From IMG/VR virus record IMGVR_UViG_3300043331_000728: a DNA stretch of 64,000 nucleotides, one strand, 5' to 3'. The DNA is from a virus. The translations under genes and the position numbers were made by a program. Of this stretch, positions 45,966-55,250 are shown in pieces; positions within the stretch are counted from its first letter, which is position 1; every line of letters begins with the position of its first letter. Under the pieces are notes generated by a model, which was given only the letters and a program-made list of their open reading frames with translations, was not told the origin of the DNA and ran no database searches.

Positions 45966-46471
45966 GGCCGCTCCATACTGAGGAGGGCCACGCGTACCTG
46001 CATAAGCAGGTTGCCGAGGTGGTTCTCGCCACCCTTGTTCACGTCCACTCCCCAGTAGGTATCGTCCCAGTCGTTGCCCTCGATCAGCTCACGGGGATAG
46101 GTGGACACAAGCTTATCGGCCAGCGCCACGTCGGCGAACTTGCGGGACAAGAGCACATGCATCACGTGCAGCTTGACCTGGTCCCAGTCCTTACGCAACT
46201 CCACCGTGCGCCCCCTGCGCTTAGCTTCCCCCGGCTTCTTGAGCAGGCGAATCGCTTCCTTCTGATCGTCACGCACGCACTTGGCCGCCTGATAGGCGTG
46301 CTCGACAGAGGAGTAGAAGAAGTATCCCCATGGCACAGACACCGGGTAGAAGTTGCTGAGAAATCGATACGCGCCTGCGAAGTGATCGATCTTGGGAACG
46401 GTCGTTGAGAACAGGGCACTCATGGCTTCATCCTGTCTGTGTTTGGTTTGAATGCGGGAGATCATAGGCAT
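45962..46471 (-). CDS. NADAR (YbiA-like) domain protein
   Basis: FLSNFYP...SSVEHAYQAAKC...EGNDWDDTYWG. Confidence 0.7.
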   Translation of the reverse strand: MPMISRIQTKHRQDEAMSALFSTTVPKIDHFAGAYRFLSNFYPVSVPWGYFFYSSVEHAYQAAKCVRDDQKEAIRLLKKPGEAKRRGRTVELRKDWDQVKLHVMHVLLSRKFADVALADKLVSTYPRELIEGNDWDDTYWGVDVNKGGENHLGNLLMQVRVALLSMERP

Positions 46472-46588
46472 TCATTAGCTGCCCGCACCGGATTCCGGCT
46501 CCTTGCTCTGTCCGGTCCTGTACGTGGTTGTCTTTCGCCCACCATGATGGGCTACTCGCCTGTACCTCTGATGCCAACCACTCCTTCG

Positions 46589-46873
46589 TCAGCCTCCGTT
46601 GGCTAGCTTGATGAGCACGTCAGCGTGGCACGCTTTCGGTGCGCACCAACAAGCCAGCGTCTTGCCGCGTAACTCGTGAAGGTCACGCATCAGCTGCGGC
46701 TGCGTCCTGATCCAGCGAGCGTATTGCTCAATCACATCTGCGCGTGTGCCATTGACGCCCTCTCGAAATGGGTTACCCCACTTCGAGGGGCGTCCAACGT
46801 ACACGTCGTACGCTTCACGCTTGCAGTGCACGACACGGATCATGGCTTGGGCGTACGATGGATCGAGTAACAC
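46589..46873 (-). CDS. DUF4326-like protein
   Basis: VYVGRPSKWGNPF...LACWCAP..CHADVL. Confidence 0.5.
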   Translation of the reverse strand: MLLDPSYAQAMIRVVHCKREAYDVYVGRPSKWGNPFREGVNGTRADVIEQYARWIRTQPQLMRDLHELRGKTLACWCAPKACHADVLIKLANGG

Positions 46874-47119
46874 AGCACAGGATCTTCGAGCATTGCCTTC
46901 AGTGCAGCAGGCGCCTCGACGATCAGTGCATTGATGAGTGACGTGCCGGTCTCGTAGTCACACGCATTCAACATCTGTGCGACTTGCTCCTTGGTCATGG
47001 GTACACCGATCATGATGTCTTCCTGATGATGCCGGATCGCAACTGCCGGCGACGACGAATCACCTCGCGCTTGGCGCGATCACGGCTACGCCCATTGAAC
47101 AGCCACCGCAACAGGCGGC

Positions 47120-48208
47120 TCATCGCTTGCTGACCTTGGCCTTGTTCACCTTGGCCACCGCCTTGGACTCCAGCGTGGTCACAGGCTGCGGCGGCTTCTG
47201 ATCCCGGAGGTCCGGGTTGACCACCACCCACTGCGTGCCTTCGGGGTGCGCTTCGAGGGGGCGAAGCCCGCTCTTCACACGCGCCTCGTTGAACTGCCTG
47301 ACGTACCCCTCGGCCAGCAACTGCGCGCTCGTCCCGGCCCATCGCTTGATGACCCCCTTGAGCTGGGTGGATAGCGACGTGACCGGCTGTGCGATGGGCT
47401 GCGGCTTCTCCACGATGAGCCCATCCTTGGCTGCTCGCTTGGCCGCTTCCGCCTTGCGCTCACGCGCTGCCTTGGCGACATCGTTGACGGGCGGCGCAGT
47501 CGGCAGCACCACCTGCTTGACGGCACCCTTGTGCTTGGGCTCCTTCTTTGAGGGCTTCGGCTTCTCCGGCTTCGTGTACTTCATAGGCAGCGTGATCTTC
47601 GTGGTGCCCGTCTTCAGGTCACGAAGGGCCTGCAACACGGTGGCGCCACACCGTGCCTCACTGTCCCGACGATCCTGCGTGCCCCATTCGCCTGTCACGT
47701 TGCCCGCCTCACATTCGATCTTCCACAGCGCTTCGAGCACCGACAACACCTTGCGTCGGTCCGGCAGGTTGTTGGCGAACTCCGTGCTGTTGATGATGTG
47801 CTCACCAACGAACAGCTTAGGAGCATTGATGATCGCCTTGTCGTGGCAACCACCGAGGCCGTAGAAGTACATGCCCCGTCGCCAGCATTCCTCGCCCTCG
47901 GCGATGGGGTGACCGCACTCTCGTGGGCGAAGGACACCAGCGTCGGTGATCTCCCAACCCACCGCCTTCATGCAACTCCCGTTGCGGCGTGCGACCCACT
48001 TGTGACCCCGCCCTGCATCATAGGGCCGCTTGCCGATCACGCCACGGGAACGCAGCTCCGCAGCAAGCGCGGGATCGTTGAGCACTGCATCCACCGCCTG
48101 TGCGGCAGCGGACGGAGCCGGAAGACTGATCGGCTCCTGCGTGTGATACGGGACAGCAACACGATGTGATGCGACCGGCTGACCGATGGGGAACGGCAAC
48201 TCAATCAT
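47120..48208 (-). CDS. hypothetical protein with Lys/Ala-rich basic C-terminus
   Basis: 362-aa ORF. Confidence 0.4.
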   Translation of the reverse strand: MIELPFPIGQPVASHRVAVPYHTQEPISLPAPSAAAQAVDAVLNDPALAAELRSRGVIGKRPYDAGRGHKWVARRNGSCMKAVGWEITDAGVLRPRECGHPIAEGEECWRRGMYFYGLGGCHDKAIINAPKLFVGEHIINSTEFANNLPDRRKVLSVLEALWKIECEAGNVTGEWGTQDRRDSEARCGATVLQALRDLKTGTTKITLPMKYTKPEKPKPSKKEPKHKGAVKQVVLPTAPPVNDVAKAARERKAEAAKRAAKDGLIVEKPQPIAQPVTSLSTQLKGVIKRWAGTSAQLLAEGYVRQFNEARVKSGLRPLEAHPEGTQWVVVNPDLRDQKPPQPVTTLESKAVAKVNKAKVSKR

Positions 48209-48421
48209 GGGTGCCCTCCTCTGGGCAAAGGTTGCCTTGCTCCTCGCTCGAACTACTCTTTACTGGCCTTGGCTCGACGCCGTTCGCCGAGCCGATGCCA
48301 CGGTAGCACCGGCCGCCGTCGCTGTCAACGAAATTCGTCCACTCTTTTCCGCGTAAGCCCCGACGAGCCTATGCCCAAGGTCGACGTGTGCAGGGTCAAG
48401 CCCGCCCCCAAGAGAACAGCT

Positions 48422-48685
48422 TCATCGCGGTCTCGTACACACATAACATCGATCGGTACATCGATAGGTCTCGGCGCATACGCAACAGATGTGTACGATA
48501 TCGATAAGTCTCGTCGCACCTCTTGGAGTGGGGCGCCGACAAAAATGCCGACATGCACACAGGTAGATCTGGTCTCGCTCCCGATCTGCCCAGTCATTTT
48601 TTGGCCAGTTGATCGCCAGCGTATTGGCCCCGGTTATGTACGCATTGATACGTCGTTTCATGGTCGTCCACGGCAGATCATGCAA
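48422..48685 (-). CDS. Cys-rich family member
   Basis: CACRHFCRR...ICCVCAETYRCTDRCYVC. Confidence 0.55.
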   Translation of the reverse strand: MHDLPWTTMKRRINAYITGANTLAINWPKNDWADRERDQIYLCACRHFCRRPTPRGATRLIDIVHICCVCAETYRCTDRCYVCTRPR

Positions 48686-48921
48686 CGCGCGGGTGCTTCA
48701 GTGTGACAACAACAACACACACGAGGTCCCCTGTCATTCGACCACGATGTACCCCGTACCGGATCAGCACAGAAATGCAAGCACGGTAACAAGTACACAC
48801 GGTGATGGCTTGTTGCTTTGCGTGTAATCAGATCGGGCCAATAGATCACAACGGTGTGGTCGTATCGTTGGAAGAGCGCAAACCCAGTACCATCGACACG
48901 CTGCCGCACTAACTTAGCCAC
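48658..48921 (-). CDS. Cys-rich family member
   Basis: PCLHFCADP...VCCCCHTEAPARCMIC. Confidence 0.55.
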   Translation of the reverse strand: MAKLVRQRVDGTGFALFQRYDHTVVIYWPDLITRKATSHHRVYLLPCLHFCADPVRGTSWSNDRGPRVCCCCHTEAPARCMICRGRP

Positions 48922-48961
48922 CCTGGCTCCTGGACGTCGAAAGGCGGTGTAAAATCTGCGG

Positions 48962-49204
48962 TCATCGTCTGGGCGGGCGTCTGCATATCGCGCATAGCTC
49001 GTAGTTCAGTACGCGATAACACAAACAACACAATGTCCCATGAACACCGAACCAGCTGAGCCGACACAGATGCGAACATCCGCAGATGTAGGTATTGATC
49101 TTGGATGTGGTCCAGTTATTGAGGACCACTTTCAACGACCCACTCGGCTGTGGTTCCACCACGAATACGGGTGTCATCACCAGCTCCGGCGACAGAGGTT
49201 GCAC
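48962..49204 (-). CDS. Cys-rich family member
   Basis: CGCSHLCRLSWFGVHGTLCCLCYRVLNYELCAIC. Confidence 0.55.
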   Translation of the reverse strand: MQPLSPELVMTPVFVVEPQPSGSLKVVLNNWTTSKINTYICGCSHLCRLSWFGVHGTLCCLCYRVLNYELCAICRRPPRR

Positions 49205-49473
49205 GGTATCGTGTTACTCGGGAACGGTGGTAAATGTTGCCGTCGACACTGACAGCACCAACTGCCTCGCTGCGGCTCGATGAACGTCCAGCACGCATAA
49301 CAGAAGTGATTGCACGTGCAGATATAGACTATCGTGTGGCCATCATCATTAGATACTCTGAGACCGAACCAGCTTATGCGCGCTTCAATCCTACCTGGCA
49401 TATTGAGCAGGGTTGGGGTTGAGGTGAGAGGTCGAAACCGACACCTACACCTGGACTGAACGTGCCACGGCAC
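49177..49473 (-). CDS. Cys-rich family member
   Basis: CTCNHFCYACWTFIEPQRGSWCCQCRR...CNLC. Confidence 0.55.
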   Translation of the reverse strand: MPWHVQSRCRCRFRPLTSTPTLLNMPGRIEARISWFGLRVSNDDGHTIVYICTCNHFCYACWTFIEPQRGSWCCQCRRQHLPPFPSNTIPCNLCRRSW

Positions 49474-49634
49474 CGGCAGCAGACGCCGCTGCGGTCGTCA
49501 GGCTCGTGTTGCACTGACACGACCCGACAAAAGTGCTTACACGCACTGGCAACACGGGCTGTCTGTTCGATCGATGCCCCCCATGCTACGCCAGTGCCGA
49601 TGTCATGCACGTCCATTCGAAAGAACTTCTTCAC
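49374..49634 (-). CDS. Cys-rich family member
   Basis: ACKHFCRVVSVQHEPDDRSGVCCRCRG...CSIC. Confidence 0.55.
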   Translation of the reverse strand: MKKFFRMDVHDIGTGVAWGASIEQTARVASACKHFCRVVSVQHEPDDRSGVCCRCRGTFSPGVGVGFDLSPQPQPCSICQVGLKRA

Positions 49635-50248
49635 GGAAATGCTTTGAAGCTAGCTGCATTACAGCCGCCGATCAAGAGCACAAGCAAGAAAGCGAATAGG
49701 AAGATGCAGGACAAGATCTGACGATCGCCGTCACCTGCCACCGCGTACTCGACCTTGTATTCTTTGGCCCCGAACCACTTGCCGTCTGTCTTGGTGAGGA
49801 CACGTTGTGGTTGGCATGTGCGCCGGTAGAAGTAGATGATGACTCCGAGCCCGAACAACGTCAGGAGTAGAACGATACCAGAACGCATCATCTCGCTCCC
49901 GAACAGACGCCAGCCCACCAGGAACATGGTGAAGCGGCCGACGTTGGTGGTCCCGAACTTCTCGGCGTTGTCCACCACTGCACCCAGGGAAGCGTTGACG
50001 GCAGCGCCCACTTCCTTGCCGACACCCACCCACTTGCTCGCGCTCTCGGGGGTGGGCACCACCTTCTCGACCACCTTCTCGACGGTCGAGGGCTGCTGCT
50101 TGCCCTTGTTGATGGCGTCGACCACTCCGCTGCGGAGCCGTGGGTCCACGTCCTTGAGATCCACCTCCACCTTCTGCGCGTAGCCAAAGGCGGGAATGCC
50201 GTTCACGATGAGCGCGATGATGAGCGCGATCCGCGTTACGCGGGACAT
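49631..50248 (-). CDS. membrane protein
   Basis: signal/TM at N-terminus and C-terminal TM helices. Confidence 0.45.
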   Translation of the reverse strand: MSRVTRIALIIALIVNGIPAFGYAQKVEVDLKDVDPRLRSGVVDAINKGKQQPSTVEKVVEKVVPTPESASKWVGVGKEVGAAVNASLGAVVDNAEKFGTTNVGRFTMFLVGWRLFGSEMMRSGIVLLLTLFGLGVIIYFYRRTCQPQRVLTKTDGKWFGAKEYKVEYAVAGDGDRQILSCIFLFAFLLVLLIGGCNAASFKAFP

Positions 50249-50481
50249 GTCTTTCCTCCTATCGAACAGATTGCGCACTTTCCAGGAGCGTCATTGCACG
50301 CGCAGCATATCGCTTTGTCGCCGGAGGCCACCACTGCGTGCTCGCAGAAATGCTTGCAGTGTGCCAGCCACACGTACTCATTGAACTCGGTGTTGTCCTG
50401 GTCAGTGATCTTTCGTAGCCACAACAACCCACACGAGCCGTCATCGTGTGCCGAGAACGAGTATGTGCTGACTGGCCGCAT
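50236..50481 (-). CDS. Cys-rich family member
   Basis: AHCKHFCEHAVVASGDKAICCACNDAPGKCAIC. Confidence 0.55.
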   Translation of the reverse strand: MRPVSTYSFSAHDDGSCGLLWLRKITDQDNTEFNEYVWLAHCKHFCEHAVVASGDKAICCACNDAPGKCAICSIGGKTCPA

Positions 50482-50483
50482 GG

Positions 50484-50660
50484 CTACTGCGAGCGAGACC
50501 AGATCACGGCAGCGAGGCCCACTACGCCGCCGCCGAAGACACCGAGGCCTACAGCTTCACTGCTCGCCGACCCGATGGCGCCAGCAATAAACGCCCAACC
50601 CACGAGGATCAACACGGCTGTGATGACGTTGATGACCCGCTTGTCTTCATCGGGCGTCAT
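50484..50660 (-). CDS. small membrane protein (58 aa, absent from ORF track)
   Basis: MTPDEDKRVINVITAVLILVGWAFIAGAIGSASSEAVGLGVFGGGVVGLAAVIWSRSQ; ATGA-coupled at both ends. Confidence 0.4.
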   Translation of the reverse strand: MTPDEDKRVINVITAVLILVGWAFIAGAIGSASSEAVGLGVFGGGVVGLAAVIWSRSQ

Positions 50661-50890
50661 CAGTACGGTGCCTCGTCGTGGTAGTCCTCCTCGTCGAAAT
50701 CGTCTTCGTCATCGCCGAAATCATCCTCGTCGTCGTCGAGTAGATCGTCATCGTCCTCGTCGTCTTCGAGGTCGAGTTCCTCGTCGAGCGCGTCGAGTCG
50801 ATCTTGCTCGGCGCGCTCCAGGATCTCACGACCGTGCCGCATCGGCTTGTCCACACCTACCTCGCGTCCGAACCGTTGCTCCTCGCTCAT
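50660..50890 (-). CDS. highly acidic protein
   Basis: Asp/Glu-rich 76-aa ORF. Confidence 0.4.
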   Translation of the reverse strand: MSEEQRFGREVGVDKPMRHGREILERAEQDRLDALDEELDLEDDEDDDDLLDDDEDDFGDDEDDFDEEDYHDEAPY

Positions 50891-51126
50891 GACTGTGGCT
50901 CCTTCTCCAGTGCGGTTCCAATCCGCACCAGCTTCACGTTGACCTGATCGATCCTCTTCCCCTTCGCCACCTGCGGCTTAGCGAACTTCACTGCCCTGGC
51001 CGCCGCTACGTGCGGGTACTTTCCCGGTACGCTAACACGGATGGTAGGTTCCCAGCGCGTGCGAGTTCTGATGTTCACCTCACACGTCCAATCGGGCAAT
51101 GATTTCGCGGGCTTAGGCATGGTCAC
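50887..51126 (-). CDS. hypothetical protein
   Basis: 79-aa ORF. Confidence 0.3.
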   Translation of the reverse strand: MTMPKPAKSLPDWTCEVNIRTRTRWEPTIRVSVPGKYPHVAAARAVKFAKPQVAKGKRIDQVNVKLVRIGTALEKEPQS

Positions 51127-51341
51127 ACCTCATGTTGGTGCTACATAACCAGCACCAGTATTCGCGTGGGTTCTTGGTGCAAATACAACATTCTCGTGGA
51201 CCCCACGAGGTATTGCTACGTCGTCAGAAATGACGGCAACTTCGCAGGTACAGCAAGCGCTTTGATTCGTACACATCACCGAAGGACGAGAGTTCGGGGT
51301 GCAATATCTCTATGATGTTGCCGTGGTTGACTGCGGCGAAT

Positions 51342-51884
51342 CTAGCCAGCATGTCCGAGGCCTTCGATGTACTTCATGGCAGTGGTGCGCTGGTCCACGT
51401 CAGTCAGGTTGAAGAGTGGTTTACCCAGCTCGGTGGCAATACGCACACCCTGCATAGTGCCACCACCTTGAGGTGACGGCACAGCGATCACGGCATCAGC
51501 GTTGTCGATGATTCCATAGTTACGCGCATGCAGAGCGAACGCTCCTCTGGTTAAGGCGCCAGGCTTGGGATGATACCGAGCCACGCTTTGTTTCCACTCA
51601 GGGAAGCGAGCAGCATTATAGGTGAGGACGGTCACGCGTGTCATATCCTGAATGGTCTTGAGGAACTCCCGTTCGTAGCTGGCCCACGGTGAGACAGCGA
51701 TGATGTCCCCTCTGTTGCCGGCCGCGATAGACATAGCCCGTTGATCGAACCCAGTGGCCAGTCCCGACACCACCACGTGCCCGAGCCGGGATACCACTTC
51801 AGCCAGGTACCCATAGCAGGCGACGATATCCTGGTCCATCTCGTGCAACTCCCGGGTCCCGATCATGGCGATGCGTTGCTTCAT
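51342..51884 (-). CDS. DprA/Smf-like Rossmann (SLOG) domain protein
   Basis: IGTRELHEMDQ...VVSGLATGFDQRAMSIAAG. Confidence 0.55.
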   Translation of the reverse strand: MKQRIAMIGTRELHEMDQDIVACYGYLAEVVSRLGHVVVSGLATGFDQRAMSIAAGNRGDIIAVSPWASYEREFLKTIQDMTRVTVLTYNAARFPEWKQSVARYHPKPGALTRGAFALHARNYGIIDNADAVIAVPSPQGGGTMQGVRIATELGKPLFNLTDVDQRTTAMKYIEGLGHAG

Positions 51885-51892
51885 TTCCCCTC

Positions 51893-52174
51893 CTACATGA
51901 ACAGCGTGATGATCTTGCCGACGATGAGTGCGAACGCCATCTTGGCGAGGCTGGCCGCCACGCGCATCCCGAAGCTCATCTCTCGTTGCTGAGCCCATTG
52001 ATGGGTCATATAAGCTACGATCAGGCTGAGTCCGAGAGCTTGGGGGATGTTGAGTAATGGCAACCCGAAGGTTTTCGTGATGAACCATCCCCAGAGGATG
52101 GTGATCGTCCAGCCATTCAGAACGATCATGATGACGAAGTGTGCAACGACGCCGAGAATTTGAAACGCGATCAT
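51893..52174 (-). CDS. membrane protein
   Basis: 3 predicted TM helices. Confidence 0.45.
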   Translation of the reverse strand: MIAFQILGVVAHFVIMIVLNGWTITILWGWFITKTFGLPLLNIPQALGLSLIVAYMTHQWAQQREMSFGMRVAASLAKMAFALIVGKIITLFM

Positions 52175-52659
52175 CGTCGTGTTCGAATGAAGTACTTCAC
52201 CCGCCCTTCGACGGCTCTGGCCATACCCTTCTTGTCGCCCTCAATCTCGGCGTTATTGTAGCGATCGGCGTATTGCTGCGGCCAAGCCTCGACGTACCAG
52301 AGGGAACGAGCCTCATGATAGTCGAGTCCGAGGGCTGCTGCCGCCACATCGCCGTGATCAAGGTGTTGCAGTAGCCATTCGCCGGAGCCCGTGAAGTGCT
52401 TGATGACGATTGGCCGCAACGCTTTCGGGAGCCGGCGGACCGTCATGGACTCAGTGCCCGGCTTGATGCCGAGATGAATGGTGATGTGACCGGCGAGACA
52501 GGCCACCGCCCCGCAGTATGGACGAGGCCGCCTGGGCACATCACTATTCTTGAGGTGGCTGTGAGTCGACCAGCCCTCCATGCGGAAGGTCTCGGGGTAC
52601 TTCTTGATAGCGGCCACAGCCTTCAACAGCAACGAACGTGCTCGTCCTTTGATCTTCAT
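52171..52659 (-). CDS. hypothetical protein
   Basis: start MKIKGRAR ATGA-coupled to upstream Cys-family gene. Confidence 0.35.
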   Translation of the reverse strand: MKIKGRARSLLLKAVAAIKKYPETFRMEGWSTHSHLKNSDVPRRPRPYCGAVACLAGHITIHLGIKPGTESMTVRRLPKALRPIVIKHFTGSGEWLLQHLDHGDVAAAALGLDYHEARSLWYVEAWPQQYADRYNNAEIEGDKKGMARAVEGRVKYFIRTRR

Positions 52660-52928
52660 GTGCGCTCCTCCTTGTGTGGGTCGGACAGGGATACCGAACA
52701 AATTCGACAGGGCTTGGCGCGGCGTCTTGAATCCCTGCTTCTGGGCATGTACCCACGTCTTTCGTAGAAGCATTTGCAGCAGTATCCACCCATCCGTGAA
52801 CCATGCCAAGCACACCAATGTCCACACGTATGTTTGATGGACACTTCTTGCTCTTGCTTAGGTGTGTAGTACGGCATGTAGTAGATGCCGAGATTGCGAG
52901 TCGTGTTGAGGTGTGTCCTGAACCTCAC
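52656..52928 (-). CDS. Cys-rich family member (CGHWC variant)
   Basis: TCGHWCAWHGSRMGGYCCKC...CRIC. Confidence 0.55.
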   Translation of the reverse strand: MRFRTHLNTTRNLGIYYMPYYTPKQEQEVSIKHTCGHWCAWHGSRMGGYCCKCFYERRGYMPRSRDSRRRAKPCRICSVSLSDPHKEERT

Positions 52929-53128
52929 AAGCCTGGCCTCGTCGTGCAGATTTTACACCGCCTCGTAGGCGAGTTCCGGGCGCAGACGCAGCATTTCTGC
53001 GCTCCGTCGCCGGCGCCCACCGTACAGAAGTGCGAGCACTGGCGCAGGATGAACCATCCTGTCTTGATTAGGACGGTGATGTTGCCGCACTGGTTCCGTT
53101 CGACGCGAAACCTGACTCGTTCATTCAT
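52925..53128 (-). CDS. Cys-rich family member
   Basis: QCSHFCTVGAGDGAQKCCVCARNSPTRRCKIC. Confidence 0.55.
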   Translation of the reverse strand: MNERVRFRVERNQCGNITVLIKTGWFILRQCSHFCTVGAGDGAQKCCVCARNSPTRRCKICTTRPGL

Positions 53129-53369
53129 TGCCTACCCCGGACAACAGGTTCCCTTGTAGGCAGAGGCGGCAGACGCCACCAGCCAAGTCCGTCGTGCAGC
53201 ATGTGCAGCACAGTGATTCTAGCGGTTTGCGACACCAATGACCGCAGCGTTTCAATCGCACGCTTCTAAAGGGGCCACGCCCATTCTCACGCCACCTGAC
53301 CAACAGAAAGACTCCTCGATTCCGATCAGCAGCGAACATGGTCTCGAATGGACGTGGCATGCTATTCAC
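53121..53369 (-). CDS. Cys-rich family member
   Basis: RCGHWCRKPLESLCCTCCTTDLAGGVCRLC. Confidence 0.55.
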   Translation of the reverse strand: MNSMPRPFETMFAADRNRGVFLLVRWRENGRGPFRSVRLKRCGHWCRKPLESLCCTCCTTDLAGGVCRLCLQGNLLSGVGNE

Positions 53370-53614
53370 TTCGTGTCGACGGGGGTCTCGTCGACCTGGA
53401 CGGTCATGGTCACGCCGCCTTCGACGGTGTGGCTGGCGCTGACAACTCTGAGGACGTTGAGCTTGGTGGCGCGCTTCAAATCCTCCGCGCTCATGGTCAT
53501 GGTCTTGGTGGTGACGATTTGCATGCGAGGTTCCCTCCTTTCTGTGTGTGGGCTAGAAGCGAGCAAGTAGACGTAACGCCCGGTCGAAGATCGTGACGGC
53601 CACTGCGAGCGCAA
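53366..53614 (-). CDS. hypothetical protein
   Basis: 82-aa ORF, likely shorter internal start. Confidence 0.3.
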   Translation of the reverse strand: MRSQWPSRSSTGRYVYLLASSPHTERREPRMQIVTTKTMTMSAEDLKRATKLNVLRVVSASHTVEGGVTMTVQVDETPVDTK

Positions 53615-53661
53615 CGATGGTGCCGATGAGAGTGATGAGGTTGCGTACCATTCGTTCCCCT

Positions 53662-53889
53662 TCAGTACCCGTCATCAGTGACCACGACCAGGCACAGGTA
53701 GTACCCGTACATGACGGACGTGATCGATTCCAGTCCTTGTGGATGCTTGAGGGTGGCCAGGTACTCGTTGACCTGGTGTTCGACGCTGGGGTTATTGGCG
53801 CCCGCCCCGTGCGGCGTCACCACTGAGCCGGCGAAGATCTTGACCTGTTTCATGGTGTTTTCACCTCCATCAGGCGGAGTCCGTCGCAC
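53662..53889 (-). CDS. hypothetical protein
   Basis: 75-aa ORF. Confidence 0.3.
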   Translation of the reverse strand: MRRTPPDGGENTMKQVKIFAGSVVTPHGAGANNPSVEHQVNEYLATLKHPQGLESITSVMYGYYLCLVVVTDDGY

Positions 53890-54001
53890 TCACAGGTTTT
53901 GTGGTACATGCATACCCCGTACTCGAACACGGTCTTGTCCTTGTCGGTGCGCTGCGACTGCACGAAGTGGGTGTCGATGGGGTGCCCGCATTGACAGGTC
54001 T

Positions 54002-54211
54002 TCATGCTGCCTCCTCAGGGGTCCGGCGACAGATCCGACAGTAGCCGGACGTGTAGTGGCTTTTCGTATATGCACACGGGCAGCACATCACGCCGCCATA
54101 CACGCAGAAGTGCCCGCAGGCAGCCAGGTGGATGGGGCTCGTCATCTGGGGGTGCAAGATGAACACCGCCCCGTATTGATAATCCTTGATGGTGACGAAG
54201 AAGTTCCTCAT
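54002..54211 (-). CDS. Cys-rich family member
   Basis: AACGHFCVYGGVMCCPCAYTKSHYTSGYCRIC. Confidence 0.55.
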   Translation of the reverse strand: MRNFFVTIKDYQYGAVFILHPQMTSPIHLAACGHFCVYGGVMCCPCAYTKSHYTSGYCRICRRTPEEAA

Positions 54212-54417
54212 CGTCGCTGCTCGTACGGGTTCTGGTGCGTGGGTGTGCCCTTAGGGTCGGCGATATAGTACCGCTCGGGCACGGGGTTGACGCGATCGTA
54301 GTGCCGACGCATCACGAAATAGGCGAGGTCTTCAGGGTCCTTGAAGCGCAGGTCACGAGCGACCCGCTTCATTTCCTTGAGGACATGTCGTGAGACTCGA
54401 ATGCGCAGAATCGGCAT
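54208..54417 (-). CDS. hypothetical protein
   Basis: 69-aa ORF. Confidence 0.3.
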   Translation of the reverse strand: MPILRIRVSRHVLKEMKRVARDLRFKDPEDLAYFVMRRHYDRVNPVPERYYIADPKGTPTHQNPYEQRR

Positions 54418-54619
54418 AACTTACCAACCTTAATCGGGGCGCACGAGTTTGTAGAGCAGCCAGTCGTGGCCGATGGCGCGAGCGATTCGGCCTTCGGAGG
54501 CATCGGCCGGCGAGCCATAGATCTCGCGCGCCCAGTGCTGGGCCTCCGACAAGGAATCGAGCAGGCAACGCATACTCGGGACTTGCTTGCTGACGGCCAT
54601 GAACATGACGAGCCTTCCT

Positions 54620-54808
54620 TTACTTGTCGAAGTACGCGGTGAGTTGCAGGCGCACGGCTTGGGCGGCCATCACCGAGAGGGCTCCTCGCTCGGGCTCGGG
54701 CTTGACCTGTCCGAGCAGGTATTGCAGGTACTGGTCGGCATACGCGCGCTTGTCAGGGTTCTTGATCCGCCTCACGTAGCAGCCTGCTCGCAACACGTTG
54801 ACCAGCAT
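54620..54808 (-). CDS. hypothetical protein
   Basis: 62-aa ORF. Confidence 0.3.
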   Translation of the reverse strand: MLVNVLRAGCYVRRIKNPDKRAYADQYLQYLLGQVKPEPERGALSVMAAQAVRLQLTAYFDK

Positions 54809-55150
54809 AACGAGCCTCCTTGAGCTTTAATACTCTTCCGGCCCCATATGGGGCGGCGACGGGTCGATCATGGCAGCCCACCGGGCGGCTCGTCAAGCGA
54901 CCATCGGCGCTACTCTCTTTCGGGGGGCGGCGAGAGGCCGCCCGGTACTCTTATCAGTAAGGCGTGGTGGAGGAGGAGGAGGTGAGAGGAGGGAGGAAGC
55001 CGGTGACGGGACAACAGGAGAACGATATGAAGGAGGAGAGGAGGGGGCTCACTCTCAGTCTCTCGACTCAGCTCGTTTTCGTTGCTCCCTCACCATCGCT
55101 CTATGGCCGCAGAGTGTATGCACGCACAAGACATGCGCGCGGGCGCGAGG

Positions 55151-55250
55151 TATTGTAAAGGGAGCACGCTCTGAGACTGAGATCTGAGATCAAGACAAGT
55201 GCGCTGAGGCTGAGCTGAGCAGTTTACAGTGCGAGACTGAGAGGCGGGGT
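55151..55250. repeat. CTGAG-rich ~100-nt element, copy 1
   Basis: tgtaaagggagcac ... gagcagtttacagtgcg ... actgag; CTGAG pentamer repeats. Confidence 0.5.
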
